Of a DNA stretch of 64,000 nucleotides, positions 13,964-26,713 are shown piece after piece. Source of the DNA: Lama guanicoe (lineage: Eukaryota); NCBI GenBank assembly GCA_013239625.1, contig MU057350.1:24578682-24642681 (forward strand), in the 5' to 3' direction. The notes under the pieces are model-generated. The model had not been told where the DNA came from. It did no database searches and saw only the letters and a list, made by a program, of their open reading frames with translations. Numbering within the stretch: the first letter of the stretch is position 1; each line of letters opens with the position of its first letter. Made by a program: the position numbers and the translations under genes.

Positions 13964-16317
13964 GTAAGTGTGACTTTATCCCACCATTCTAAGGGAAAAA
14001 CTCAGTCAAGGCAATGCTAACTCAAAAGAGATAGGTCTCCTCCCCACAATGGGGTGAGTGTTTTCTTACTTCTGATTATTAGAGAATTTCCTCAAGACAT
14101 TTTATAAAGGAATTTTGTGTCTGTTTGCTTGGTAACTGGAAAATACTTTCTTAATTTGTAATTTGAACAGTTACCACCATCTCCTCCTTTGAAACTTTCT
14201 ACAACACAAATGAGAACACTGCAGAACTGCCCTGCTGGCATCCACCCACCGTCTGCCCTGGCCGCCATTGTGTTCTCGGCCCCGAAGGAAATTCTGAGAC
14301 AGTGCTTGATTGCTTGTCCAGGTTTCAGTTTCAGAAGAGAACTGGGATTCTCCCAGCCCTTGTGAACCTATTGGCATTTTTCCAGTTGATCCCACTCTTG
14401 GCATAATGAGTTATTTATACTTAATAATTACTCTGTTAAATAGTACCGTATTTTATTGGTGCTAAATTGAACCGTTCTAAATTTCTTGGTGTATTGCTAG
14501 CTTTTTTTGTTTTAACATGTGGTAAATTAATAAAGCTTTATTCTCTTATAGCCGTCATATTCTGATCTGGCCCCTGAGTTTCACTTTCTAACTATTTTAG
14601 TGGGTTCATCTAATAATGTTCTAGACCTCCTCCTGTGATTTTATACAATTCAAGATTACCGTCTTCCCATGGACCAGTGGGTCCTTTTTGATAAAACTGT
14701 TTTATTGCTCCTTTTGCTCTGTTCAGTTTGGGATTACTTTCCTGAATGATAAAAAAACGGAGGCCCAGCACAGCTCCTGTCTGGGCAGCATAGTTCAAGG
14801 TAGTTGCCCCTCAGACCTGTGACCTTCCTTGAAATCAGCTTGCCCAAGCGCCACACTTGGGCCTCCCCCGTCATTCAGACCCCTTTTGAATCCCATGCCT
14901 CACCCTTGCTTATCCCTCAGTGCATAGAACTTCCTTGGTTGTTCTGAGAACCCAGGGATGCATATACTAAAGGGCGTCGTGGGTAATTTACACACTGTTT
15001 CAAAGTATAAAAAAGTTTCTGGGAAACTCCACTTATGATACAGTTTCAAAGCCACCTCAGGAGGGCAGTTTTCTTTCTCTTAACTGAAGAGTCACATGTT
15101 TGTAGTAATTACATATCTTTGATTAACAAAAAATTTCAAATATAATTTTTAAGTATAATTGCATTTAGTGATTTTGCAGAGTGTGTCATCTGTTGGGCAA
15201 AAGTTAATGTAAAGATTTCTGAGTCTTAAAAATTGGGAGGATCACAAATTCTTTTCTACTGTATATATGGTACTTGGAAAATTCTGCCTTGTTCTGTTTT
15301 AAATTTTTTATCTTCCTAATAGATTTTAGATACCTTGCATGAAAGTCCTATGCTTTAAAGAAAATTTAAAAAGAGGACGCTGTCCACATAGGGTACTGAG
15401 AATGGTGCCTTGCTATATAGTGGGTGTAGAATTTATCATCCTTAAGGAAGAGGAGATACCATCTTGTCCTGAGATTTTATAGCAAATCCTATTCTCTTGC
15501 TGGATATGAAAGAGCCTGGGCAGCCTGTCACCTCCCGTGCCCTGTCCATTGTGGTTCTGAAAGATGGGAGGGGCGCAGCAGCCCCTAGATGTGGGTGCAC
15601 TGGCTATTTGTATTGACGGGCTGGAAGTTCTGGTGGACCCCCTGAGTTCAGTCTCACGCTTGCATTTAAAACAATTGTTGGGGCAGGTGCTGTCTTTTTC
15701 AGGTAGCTTTTCTGACTTAATTTGCTTTTAAAATCTGTTCATTTATTACTATTTGGACCAACACCTCCCTTCCTTTTTAGAGGAAACAGCTTTGGAGTGA
15801 TTCTATATAAAGATTTTATCAGTGAAACTTAATACTATGAGTTAACTTGATGGTCCCATGAAAGAAAAAACTGAATATGGTGTGAAGCATTGAACAGGGT
15901 GACTTTTCAATGTATTTCCCAACCCCGATCCTCTTTATTATGATCATTGAGGGGTTCCATGGAGTTCTCTAGCTTTTTTTTTTTTTTAAATAAGATTCTT
16001 CCATGTTCAGCTTAAAGTTTGCTGCAAAGCACTCTTCAGAGTCTTCTAAATTGACTTCTCATTTATATCTGATCCTCTGTACTTCCTGACTTGTTCTTTT
16101 CCTCTTCATCGGTGTCTTTCCATTTTAGGACATCCTTTTATTTCCAGCATCTTTTTTTTTTTATTCTGTTAGTTACCTACACAGTGTCTTTGTTCAGTAA
16201 GAACCTGAGCTTTCTCTTCTAGCTTAGGTATAGTGTTTAGTGTTTGAAACTCTTTGAAAGTGCTTTTTCCCTGTATTATAAATCTTTTTATAACTCCTGT
16301 TTGATTGACTTTTGAAG

Positions 16318-16521
16318 TATTCACCCAATATTGCTCTGGAAGCTTATGTCATCAAGGCTACTGGCTTCACTGGGATGACGTGTACGGTGTTCCAGAAAGT
16401 GGCAGCTGCTGACCGCACAGGCCTTTCTGACTATGGGAGGCGGGATCTGGATGGAAACCTGGATAAACAACTGAGCTTTAAGTGCAATGTTTCAAATACT
16501 TTTTCAAGCCTGGCGTTGAAG
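16318..16521 (+). CDS. ADGRA3: ADGRA3 exon: GAIN (YSPNIALEAYVIK…FSSLALK)
   Basis: ttttgaag|TAT acceptor, AAG|gtatgt donor, 204 nt, phase 0-0. Confidence 0.94.
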
Positions 16522-16570
16522 GTATGTTGCATTCTGTAATCATTTAAGACTTTACAGTTAGATTAGAACA

Positions 16571-16927
16571 CAGCCTCGGCCCTCTGTATTTGCAGGTTCC
16601 ACATCTGTTGATTCAACCAACCATGGCTGAAAGATATTCAGTTAAAAAAAAATTCTAGAAAGTTCCAAAAAGCAAAACGTAATTTGCTGCACGCTGGCAA
16701 CTATTTACATAGGATTTGCATCGTCTTTACAACGTTTACATAGCATTTACCTTGTATTAGGTATTGTAAATAACCTAGAGGTGACTGAAAGTGAGTGTAC
16801 AGGAGCATGTGCCTAGGTTTCATGCAAAAACTACATACACCATGTTACGTAGGAGACTTGAACATCCACAGATTTTGGTATCCAAGGGGGTCCTGGAATC
16901 AGTCCTCTGTGTGTAGGGGGATGACTG
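16571..16927 (-). mobile_element. MER2 (TcMar-Tigger) MITE
   Basis: cag…ggccctctgtat / ggggatgactg-ta inverted termini; internal gattttggtatcc…ggtcctggaatc. Confidence 0.8.
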
Positions 16928-19900
16928 TATTCAAAATATTTTGCTTTGCAGAAATAAACCTTATGAAAAGTTTTTAGGGGGGTGGTATTGGTATTGCCTT
17001 TGCTGTTGTTTGAAAGAAATTCAGACCAGAAAGGGATGCATCGTGACTTTCCTGGGCTAAGGAATTTTTTGCTCTGGACCCCTTTCTCCACACAAATACA
17101 TCAAAGTTATATCTTATGACTGCAGTGGTAAAAAAGATGAATATTACATATTAAGACATGTTCTTTGACTTTAAAGTTCATTTTTTATGTTGCTGATTTT
17201 AAAGACATGAAAACATTTTTGTAGACCTCCTGTAAGTCTTCTGTGCCCTTGGCTCTGGGCCTAAAGGGACAGTCCAGACATTTAACCAGGCAAGCTGTAT
17301 ATCAAGATTTGGGGCACAGAAGTGCAACCACGTGATGTGTGTTCACCAGTTTGTGTTTTGTGGCGGCAAGCAAAATTAAAGGCGCTTTTAAAATTTGGGG
17401 TTTAGATGCATTTCATTAAACTACATCGAAGCAAATGGTAAAAGTACAATTTCAGCACCCTGATGGAACCACATTTTTTCATTTCACTTTGTGTGGCCAT
17501 ATGTAGCTGTGTTCTCCGTGGTTTTTCACTTCACAGTACTTTCTTTGTTTCTGGGTTGTCCCTGAATTACATCACCAGCAGTATTCCAGTCATTTTAATG
17601 GCCGCATAGTAATCAGTCAAACAGGTGTTAGGTGTGCTGGAACACTGTGGACGCTCAGTAAGTAATGAATGAGTGAATGAATACATGAAGAATTCATATA
17701 TTTTGTCATACTTGACGCTAGTGACCTCCATACTTGATCCTACTGACCTCCAAACCAGTTTGCCAAATTTAGAAATCGTCCAGCTTCCCCCACTGCCCAA
17801 GATAATCCCAGCTGTGTCAAAATGTCTAATGATAATATATTTACTAGATACCATATATTCAGAGGAATGCTGGAAAGATTTATCTGTTACTCTTGGCTCT
17901 ATGAGAGTATTTGATGCACTTAGCAATGCTACTCCTTAATGCCTGCTCCTTTCCTCAGCAAGTTTTTTATTGGTAAAATCATACCACAGAAGGCATCGAA
18001 ACAGCATCACACACAAGCCCACGAGAGAGAGAGGTGCGTGTCTTTGAGGATCACTTAAAATTGATGAACCCTTCTGTCTTCTATGATCACAGTTGGTAGA
18101 AAGGGATTAAAAATGATGAAACCCAACATTTCATCAATTTCACAACCTACCCCCTCAGGGTAAGGAGAGTTTCTACCTGCTAAATAAAGTAGGAAGCTTT
18201 AAAGGAGCACTCCCAGATTTGTCAGTTTCATACTGTTCTATCATTTTAAGGTCGTCTGGTGGCCAGAAACCAAGGACACATCACACCATTATTCATGCTT
18301 CATCGATGGTCATGCTTAAAACCTAGGGGAAAAGGAACATCTCCTTTGTGGCACAGAAGTAGTTAAAATTTTTGATGTTGTCAGTGCAAGATGCATTAGC
18401 ATTTTACTTTCTTTACGTTTTAGATTTTAAACTGCGGCAGTTTTTACTCTTTTTGCCTCTACTTTTAAAAAAATGCCTTGAATATACCAATTGGGCATCT
18501 TGAACATCTCATAATTGATTGCATTACCCTTGGGTGGGAGAATGTGCTAGCATTTGAAGTTAAACCGCTAAAAAGGCAGTTCTCAGCAGTAGGAGACTTA
18601 CCTGAGCTGCTTTCTGCACAATTTCTTCAGTCTCGGTTGTCCTGTCTTTATGACTGTCACAGCCGGATTGGACCTCCATTTTTATTACCCAAACCTTTGT
18701 GAGCTCCTATATATAGTCTCTCTGTCTCCAGGCTCTTCTTAAAAATCCATCCTTTCCCATATGGATTGGTTTGCCCAGGGCTCGTATTCAGCCAACACAC
18801 AGCAGTGCAACTATGCCAGTTAGTAAAATACTGAAGTGCTTCCTTAGCGCTTAGTGGATAGTTGCTGCCCCTGTCCCCTGAGTGCCTCCTCAGCTGACCT
18901 CCTGGGCCTTCTCCTAGGATCATCCCCCGGCTCTCCACCCTTCAGCAGAAGAAGGGCTGGTACCTGCAGAGCGGAGGACCTGCCGGAGCCTTTCCTCTGG
19001 GGAGGCTGTTCAGATTGTGAACGTTATCCCCGGATCTACCCAACGTGGACACTGACCTTGCCCATCTGGTGGTAGATGCTTGGTGTCTCTCTGGAGGCTG
19101 GCTGTCAGTGACCTTCATCATGTGGTGTTTACCGTTTACCTGCCCTCTCCCCACTGCCGCCCTCTAGTAACAAAACTTCCCTTGGTGTCTCTTCCGACCA
19201 CTGGCCTTCTTAGGCCAGGCTCATGCTAATTCTCCTGGAATCCCTGCTCCTCCCCTCCACTCCCCAGCTCCTTAGTTTGATAATAACACCCAGCAGAAAG
19301 GTCACCTCCAGGAGTCTTACCTGATACCACCGGTCGGTCAGTCCTTGCCTCTCCCATCCTCATCATCAGTTCTCTCCCTCACTTTCCCGTAACACTCTGC
19401 TCATCTGCCTGTCCTTGAGTGTTACACACAGGAGCCAGAGGGTTGTCTTAGAACCCCTGCGCTGGGCTGAGTGTTGCCTGAGGTCAGAGCTGGTACTTGA
19501 GTCACCGGTGAGTTCCAGTGCCTGGCCAGTTGGGATTGGATCATCCGTCATCTGACTCTTACAGCACCTAATCTAATTTTTTTCTTAACCAAATGCTTCC
19601 TTCCACTCTTGGTACTGTAATTCAGATTTGATAGCATCACAAAATATTATCTATTTTCAATTAACTACTGAGAGCTTTTAGCAGCTCTTGGTGTTCTGAA
19701 TTCAGCTGTTAATGTGGCCAGAGAGAATTGGTTCTTTAAAATTTTCTTGACTGGAATTTGAAATCCAGTTTCCTCTGTACATCCCGCATTTCTCTCATCC
19801 CATCTAGGGCTTTGCCCAGTGGAAGTCCTTTTATTTTCCAAGTCAGCTGTGTGTGTCTTTACACTTCCTGCCTTCACTTCTGCCCTTTTCTGTGCCCTCA

Positions 19901-20084
19901 GCCTCACCTGTGCTTGGTGAGATCCCTGCTTCTCTCTTCTAAGACTGCATTCAGATGACAGCTTCCTTCTCTTCCTCAGACAGAATTCATCATTGCCTAT
20001 TAGTCCCATAGGGCTTTGTTCATTTTGCAGAATAATTAGAAGCTGATATGCTGGTGAGTTGAGCTATAGTTAAGAGGCCAGAGG

Positions 20085-20460
20085 CTATGGTTACTAAGAA
20101 TGTGTTCATGTTTTGCTCCCCAACTTAAAAGCTGTGCAAACTTGGGCTAGTTCCTTAACCTCTCGGAATGTGTCAGTCCTTTGCATTATACAGGAGTCAT
20201 GAAATGGTATTAAACTCAAAGGGTTATTGAGAGGGTTTAATGTGACATGTACGTAGACATTTACAACAGTGTCTGGTACAGAGGAAGCACTTAATACATT
20301 TTATCTCTTATTATTGTTGTTTTGCTATTGTTGTCTCTCCCCTATTAGATTTTGAATGTTTGAGGGCAGGGACCATGTCTTATTTCATTGTGTATTTCCA
20401 GATTCTACACAGTGCCATGCATAGAGCAGTGAAACATCCGGTAAACGCTGTTGAATAAGC
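20085..20460. repeat. MIR and L2 fragments
   Basis: MIR core (gctgtgcaaacttgggctagttccttaacctctc) and L2 3' end (tgagggcagggaccatgtctt…). Confidence 0.6.
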
Positions 20461-21111
20461 CAAACTTAATTAGCAAAGCAAGTTAAAAAAAATTCTGAAA
20501 GTAAACATAATCCCTGTTAAGTTCAGCAGCGAGATAATCAAGAGATGGTATGTAGTTAATAATTAATTATACACAAGAAAATAATTGGGATGTATAACAT
20601 CAGTCTGTTTAAAAATCAAGCGAGTAGATAGCTAAGAAAGCATGAAAAAAATTACTGTTTTAAATTAGGTGGCTCTTTTAGTGATTTAGTGACAGGTTCT
20701 GATTTTAGTGTTTGAATTCTGTAGACTTCAAATTAGGATTTCAGAAAATTTTAAAGTATTAATTACATAATTTCAGAAGTCCAGATTGTTTCATAAGAAA
20801 TGGTGTTAACTCAAGTATTTCCACTGGATTTTAACATCCCTTATGGTACTTAACCATTTTCTCCTTAGTTTTATGTCAAGTAAATACAGAAATATATATA
20901 TGAATTTAGCAAATCAATTTGTGAATTCCATGATGGCACTAATTTCACATGTTTATAATTTGTCAGTATTTAGAATTGAGGTTAAAACTAAAGCTGAACT
21001 GTAGAAGTCAAAACATGATGAAGTTCTAGATGAAGCCTGGTCAGTCAGTCAGTTTAGGCAGTTTCCTCTCTGCCCAGCCTCCAGGTAACCACCTGCCGCA
21101 CCGCGGCGATG

Positions 21112-21415
21112 CAGGCCGACCTCGGAGATGCTGCGGATTCAGCTCCACGTAACCACAATACAGCAAGTGCTGTAATAAAGTGAGTCACTGAGTTTTTGGT
21201 TTCCCAGTGCATCTAGAAGTCACATTTACACTACACTGTAATCTAGTAACTGTGAGATAGCATTGTGCCTAAAAACAATGTGCACTCCTTAAATAAAACA
21301 CACTTGATTGCTAAAAAGTGCTAGCCATGTAGAGTTGCCACAAACCTTCAGTTTGTTAAAACCAAAACCTAAAAAAGCAGTTATCTGTGAAGCGCAGTAA
21401 CCTGGGGTCTCCCTG
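21112..21415 (-). mobile_element. Tigger1-derived internal-deletion MITE (Tigger1a_Art-like)
   Basis: cagg…cctcggagat left end; gttgccacaaaccttcagtttg…tctgtgaagcgca…cctg right end; about 300 bp. Confidence 0.75.
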
Positions 21416-24297
21416 AAACAGTAATAAAAACGCCACCCACAGTTCCATAGCCTTATTGTGCTTGTCTTAGTCTTGATCCCATTTGGTCTTCAGACCATTT
21501 GTTAGGAAGATCATTAGCTGCACGTGACGGATGGACTCAGAGGGTAGACAAGTCGCACAGGGTGAAGCAGCTACTCCATGGTGACGCGGGAACCCAAATC
21601 CTGATTCCTGGTTTCAGACCCCGCGTCCTTCCCCCCGTGGGTGACATACGATCTTCAGTAATACATACGAGACACCAGAAACAAGTATTTCCCGAAGGGT
21701 TTTAAGAGAGACTTTTCTAATTTATTAACTGTGATTCATATGTCTATACCTATTTCTGTTGCTGTAATCCATACATTTAAAAATAAATACATGGTTAAGT
21801 GAAATTATAATCTTTGTGTTCTTGCCTTCAGGCCAAGTGGCAGAAAGTATAGACACAATGAATGAAACAAATATGTTCCTCGGTGATTTTTTGTTGTTGT
21901 TAGATTCATAACCTTTCTCTAATGAATGATCAGCACTTTTAAAGAGATGAAATATGCATATGTTACATTTTTACTATAAAAATTAAATTATTGATACAGG
22001 TGAAGTTGGCTTTTCCAGCACCCCTAGGCCACCGTAGGAGACCTGTGATTATTATTTAGTAATTTTCTTTATCAGACTTTGGAGGATAGTTTAGAAGTCA
22101 TGAGTATGTAACAGCCTTGAACACATACCTCTCATCTCTCAGCAATCTGTCCATAAACCCGAGTTTTTTTATTTGTTGTTGGGATGGTTTTACAAGTTTA
22201 AATTTGTGTAGAGAAAATTTTGAACTCGTAGAAATTAATAGTTGTCATTTCCTTTTCAGCTCTCTTTTAGAAAGTATAGTTTGACTGCTTTTTTAAAAAA
22301 TGAATTCAGTTTGTTATAAGTGATACTTTCCCTGAGAATTATGCTTTATTTTTAAGTTATTTTGTGTTCACAACAACATTATTTTATGAATTTTTAAAAT
22401 ACTTAAGTTTTTATAAATGTCCAGTATGTAATATTTCATCAGGAAATATTTGACCTTCTGCTTAATCAATCTATTGATGTCTTTCCTGTTTTGCATGCAT
22501 CCTTATATACTTAGGAGAAATTTATATACTTAATAGAAATTTACTGTATTAGTGGAAGAATTTCTAATAAACTTTGTTTTCCTATCAGGTTATATTTACG
22601 AGAATAATAGGGACCTTTTTATGTGGTTTTTTTAGGTGGAATAGTTCTACTGAATATTTTCCTGGCGTCTTCAATTTGAAAGTAATATTCAAGGTGTCAA
22701 TATTCAAACTTCCAAAATACTTTCAACAGATACTCATAGCTATCTGCTGTGTTACAACACTGTTCTAAGCACAGCAGTTAAACACAAATTCTAAAGTCAA
22801 TCATTTGCTTCAATAGAACCTTAAAAAAATACTACACAGATTTTCATTAATTTCATAAGTAATGGGATACTTTTATCAAATACTAGTGCCAGGAACTGTT
22901 ATTAACTTAGGAGGTCCAAAAAGAAATGAGATTAGCTGTCCTGAGAAATTCCCCTACTCTAGTTAGTGGAACAGGCAGTGAATTACATGGTGATGCTGCA
23001 GAGATCCGTCATGACAGAGCCATGTGCCGAGTGCAGCGTGAATCCGGAAGAGGGACCACCTACCTGTAAAAGTAGTATCCCCAGGGGTCATATAATTAGT
23101 CATCCCCCGAAAGCCCTGTGCACAGGACTCTGCAAAGTCCTCAGCTGCCAACCTTCCTCATCCCGACCAATCATTTGCATTGCCAGCGTAATTAACTTAT
23201 GAAAAATCAAATCTGACCAGTTTAAGAGTTTACCAGACATAAGAAGAGTGGATTGTTTCATCTGGAGATACTGGCATGTGCATGGTGACATTAAAAAAAA
23301 AAAAAAAAGGAGATCTCAAAAAGTTGTAAACTCAGTGTGGCCAGGTTATAGGTTGTGATGTACAGAGTGTTAGAAAGTGAATTTGAAACAGAATTTTGCC
23401 AAATTATATGGCATACTTAGGATTTTTTTGACTTGACATTTAGAAACCAAGGTGTTACTTGAATTGAAATAACATCAGATTTTTTTTTAAGAAGAAATGC
23501 TGTCAGCATCATGAACATCAAATTGGGCAGAGAGGTTGGTGCCAAGAGAGAGGTTTTGTGATAAGTTCTTAAAATAGAAATTTTTTTAGATAATCATTTG
23601 CCTCCTTGGTGTATCATTTATTTTTTATTGAATGCTGAATAATTTATAATTTAAAAATCCCTACTAAAGAAATCTGAAGAGCATTCAGTGCCCAGCCTGC
23701 ATTTTCCATTGTTCCTCTTTGTTACATTTTTTTAAACCTAATGTGTTTCTTAGTCTCAATTATCTGCTAAAATAAGAGTTTGCAGAATCTGAACTTTTAT
23801 TATGTTTGTATAATTTTTTCTGTTTGACAGTCGGAATCCATCATAAATCACCTTAAAGTTTCATAAGCCCAAATTAATGATACTCACATTTGCGATCTGC
23901 TCCCTTTGTGCTCATTTACCATGTTTTGTCATTGTAAAATTCATGTAAAGAGTGATCACTGACATCCCTTTTCTGTTTAATGCTATCTGCTTCAGCTCTA
24001 TATGTTATCAGGGGAGAATTCACTTTACAGTTTGAAACTATCCCTTGTTTATGACTTTAACTCTTTGAAATAGAGTTTGCATTTCTCTTTGTACTTCTTT
24101 TGTTCTGTGCTGCTACATGATGTTAAGACATTTCCCTTACCTGACACATTGTTGTAACTATTACATTTCATATATATGCATTTAAAAAGATGTCTTCAGC
24201 ATACAGTTAGGAAACATTCCTATCTTAAAACATCTCTGGTTTTTACCTACTAACACAGAGACTTTTCCTTGTGTCTGTTCTGTGCATACATTTTCAG

Positions 24298-24511
24298 AAC
24301 ACGATTGTGGAAGCTTCTATTCAGCTGCCGCCTTCCCTCTTCTCGCCAAAGCACAAGAGAGAAGTCAGACCCAGCGATGACTCCCTCTGTAAGCTTCAGC
24401 TCATCGCTTTCCGCAACGGGAAGCTTTTCCCAGCCACCGGGAACTCGACGAAGTTGGCTGATGATGGGAAACGGCGCACAGTGGTTACCCCTGTGATCCT
24501 CACCAAAATAG
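24298..24511 (+). CDS. ADGRA3: ADGRA3 exon: GAIN (NTIVEASIQLPPSLF…FRNGKLFP…VVTPVILTKI)
   Basis: ttttcag|AAC acceptor, G|gtctgt donor, 214 nt, phase 0-1. Confidence 0.94.
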
Positions 24512-24719
24512 GTCTGTACGTGGCATATGTCATCCCGCCGCCGCTGGACAGTACGACTTTATAAGTCACTGTTCCTAAAAATGCTTATTTTTGTTCCTTC
24601 TCGTTTTAACGAGTCAGTGGTGAGGAAGATATTCTCAGAGTACTCATTAGTGTCGACGTTGACATTTAATTGTTTCTGAAGTTTGTTTCGGAAATATTTT
24701 TATCTCCCATCTTCTCCAG

Positions 24720-24928
24720 ATGGTGTGAACGTCGATACCCACCACATCCCTGTTAATGTGACGCTACGTCGAATTGCGCACGGAGCAGATGCTGTGGCCG
24801 CCCAGTGGGACTTCGATTTGCTGAACGGACAAGGAGGCTGGAAGTCAGATGGGTGCCATATACTCTATTCGGATGAAAATATCACTACCATGCAGTGCTA
24901 CTCTCTCAGTAACTACGCGGTTTTGATG
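24720..24928 (+). CDS. ADGRA3: ADGRA3 exon: GPS motif (…AAQWDFDLLNGQGGWKSDGC…QCYSLSNYAVLM)
   Basis: ctccag|AT acceptor, ATG|gtatgg donor, 209 nt, phase 1-0; W…W…GC…C-x-SL/S-NYAVLM GPS/Stachel pattern. Confidence 0.95.
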
Positions 24929-26694
24929 GTATGGCCGTTGTTAAATTTATGCATAAACACTAAGTATTTTAATTTTTCCCTATGCATAGTTAAGCTCAAA
25001 TGAAGATTAAAAAAAAACTTTTAACATAAATTGTTCCCTTTAATTAAGTAGGAGGTGACATTTAGTGTAAGTCTGATTTTAAAGGGAAATTGAGTTATTA
25101 CAAAGTGAATGTATGGGATTCAATTTGGTATAGGAATTTCCAGTAAACTTTATAAGTGAATCAGTTCAACTAAACCTTGACCTTAAAATCTGGAGACATC
25201 TTGGGAGTATATACAGTCCAACTGTCAACCCAGGAAGAGTGACTCATTTGTCCAAATATACAGGATGAATAGTGAGAGATTTTCCTTCTTTGCCATATAA
25301 TGCCTTTTCCCACTATATGTCATAATTTTTAGACTCCTTTTTTGAATTTAGAGTAATGGAGATAATTTCAGTCTAGTTGCTGCAAGTGATGGTATTGCAC
25401 AAATGTCTTTTTCAGCTTTAATGCTAATCAAGTGAATGTTTTTCGTTATTTACTATTGTTCATGTCTATTAATCTTTGGGAAAATAACTAGTTATTAATG
25501 TATAGGAACAGAATTTTTTAATTAGTGATTTTAAGTGCATCTGATTGCTGAGTTGATAATTATGAAATTAACCGTGCTAGTTTTTATTTCATATTGTGGT
25601 TATTATAAGACACTTACATTCCAGAGTATGTATGTGTGCATCTGGAGTATAGTGGAAGAAATTACTGATGAATAGGAAAGACACTTCCCAGAAGCGGCTT
25701 GAGGCTAGCCCAGGAGTGAGGACGCCTACGTTTTTATTTCTGCCTCCGGCTCTGAATATGCTACCTAGACAATATTTTATCAAAGAACCAAATAATCTTG
25801 TGACATGATATATTTTACTTTAAGTGAATTATTCTTTTCTTAAAAAGACAAAAGAGCATTTGTCACTAGATGATCTTGAAGCAGGCTTGAATTAGAATAG
25901 ATTTTTCTCTACCCTGTGTTTTGGTTTTCTCTTTGCCCCCCAACCTGGGATACCTTCCCTGGCTGCACCCGACGGGAGGAGTAAGTAGATGGTATGGTAG
26001 GGCGGAAGGATTGCTGTGTGTCAGTCGACCCGGGCTGACAGTGGGCGGATCTGCGCTAGTTGCGATTCCGCTGTTGGTGTAAGTTGTTTAGCCTTTTGGA
26101 TAGTTTAGCATTCTCTTCACAAATAGATGTTTGATTTCTGTAGGTCTGAGTATGGTTTCTGTAAGTTCACATTTTATTGTTTTGTACTCACCTTTCAAAG
26201 AAAGCCTGAAGCGGTAATTAAAATATGAAGCCTTTTCTGTTTCAGTTTGAAAGTGCTTTCTCATTCGGGTTTTAATTATAAAATAACATAAAATGCTGAA
26301 GTACTGAGGGAGAAATAAAAGAGGTACAGCATTATCTGAAATTTTTATAATAGCTAAATTAACTAGAAAAAGTTGGGCAAGAGAAATGAAATGTGAACAC
26401 ACAAAAAAGGCATTTTATAAGCTTCACTGTTAAGGACATGATACTGCACCAGGTGAAACCTTTATTTTTATTTAATTTAATACCAGTTTAAACAACTATT
26501 TCCGAACTTCCTAGCTGTTCTTCCCCAAAATTTAAATTAGTATAATCCTTTTCTTGAAGGAATAAGCTATTCTTTTATCTTTCATACTTCTAATCTTTTT
26601 AAAAATGTAATACACAATTCTTTAAAGCTAAAATACAGCACCAAGTTTTTTTCTATTTTCAAAGATTATCCTTTCACTTTTCTTAAATATAACT

Positions 26695-26713
26695 GTGCCA
26701 CCTAGAGGCAGCA
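26695..26713 (-). promoter_or_regulatory. CTCF-like motif (CCTCTAGGTGGCAC on - strand)
   Basis: Close match to the CCnCYAGRKGGCRS core; motif only. Confidence 0.45.

Noticed and set aside
19154-19170. Partial CTCF-like motif (another near 50979-50995)
   Set aside because: Both lack the CC of the core and are plausible by chance.
22502-22542. 19-bp imperfect tandem duplication
   Set aside because: A two-copy slippage event in AT-rich DNA with no sign of function.
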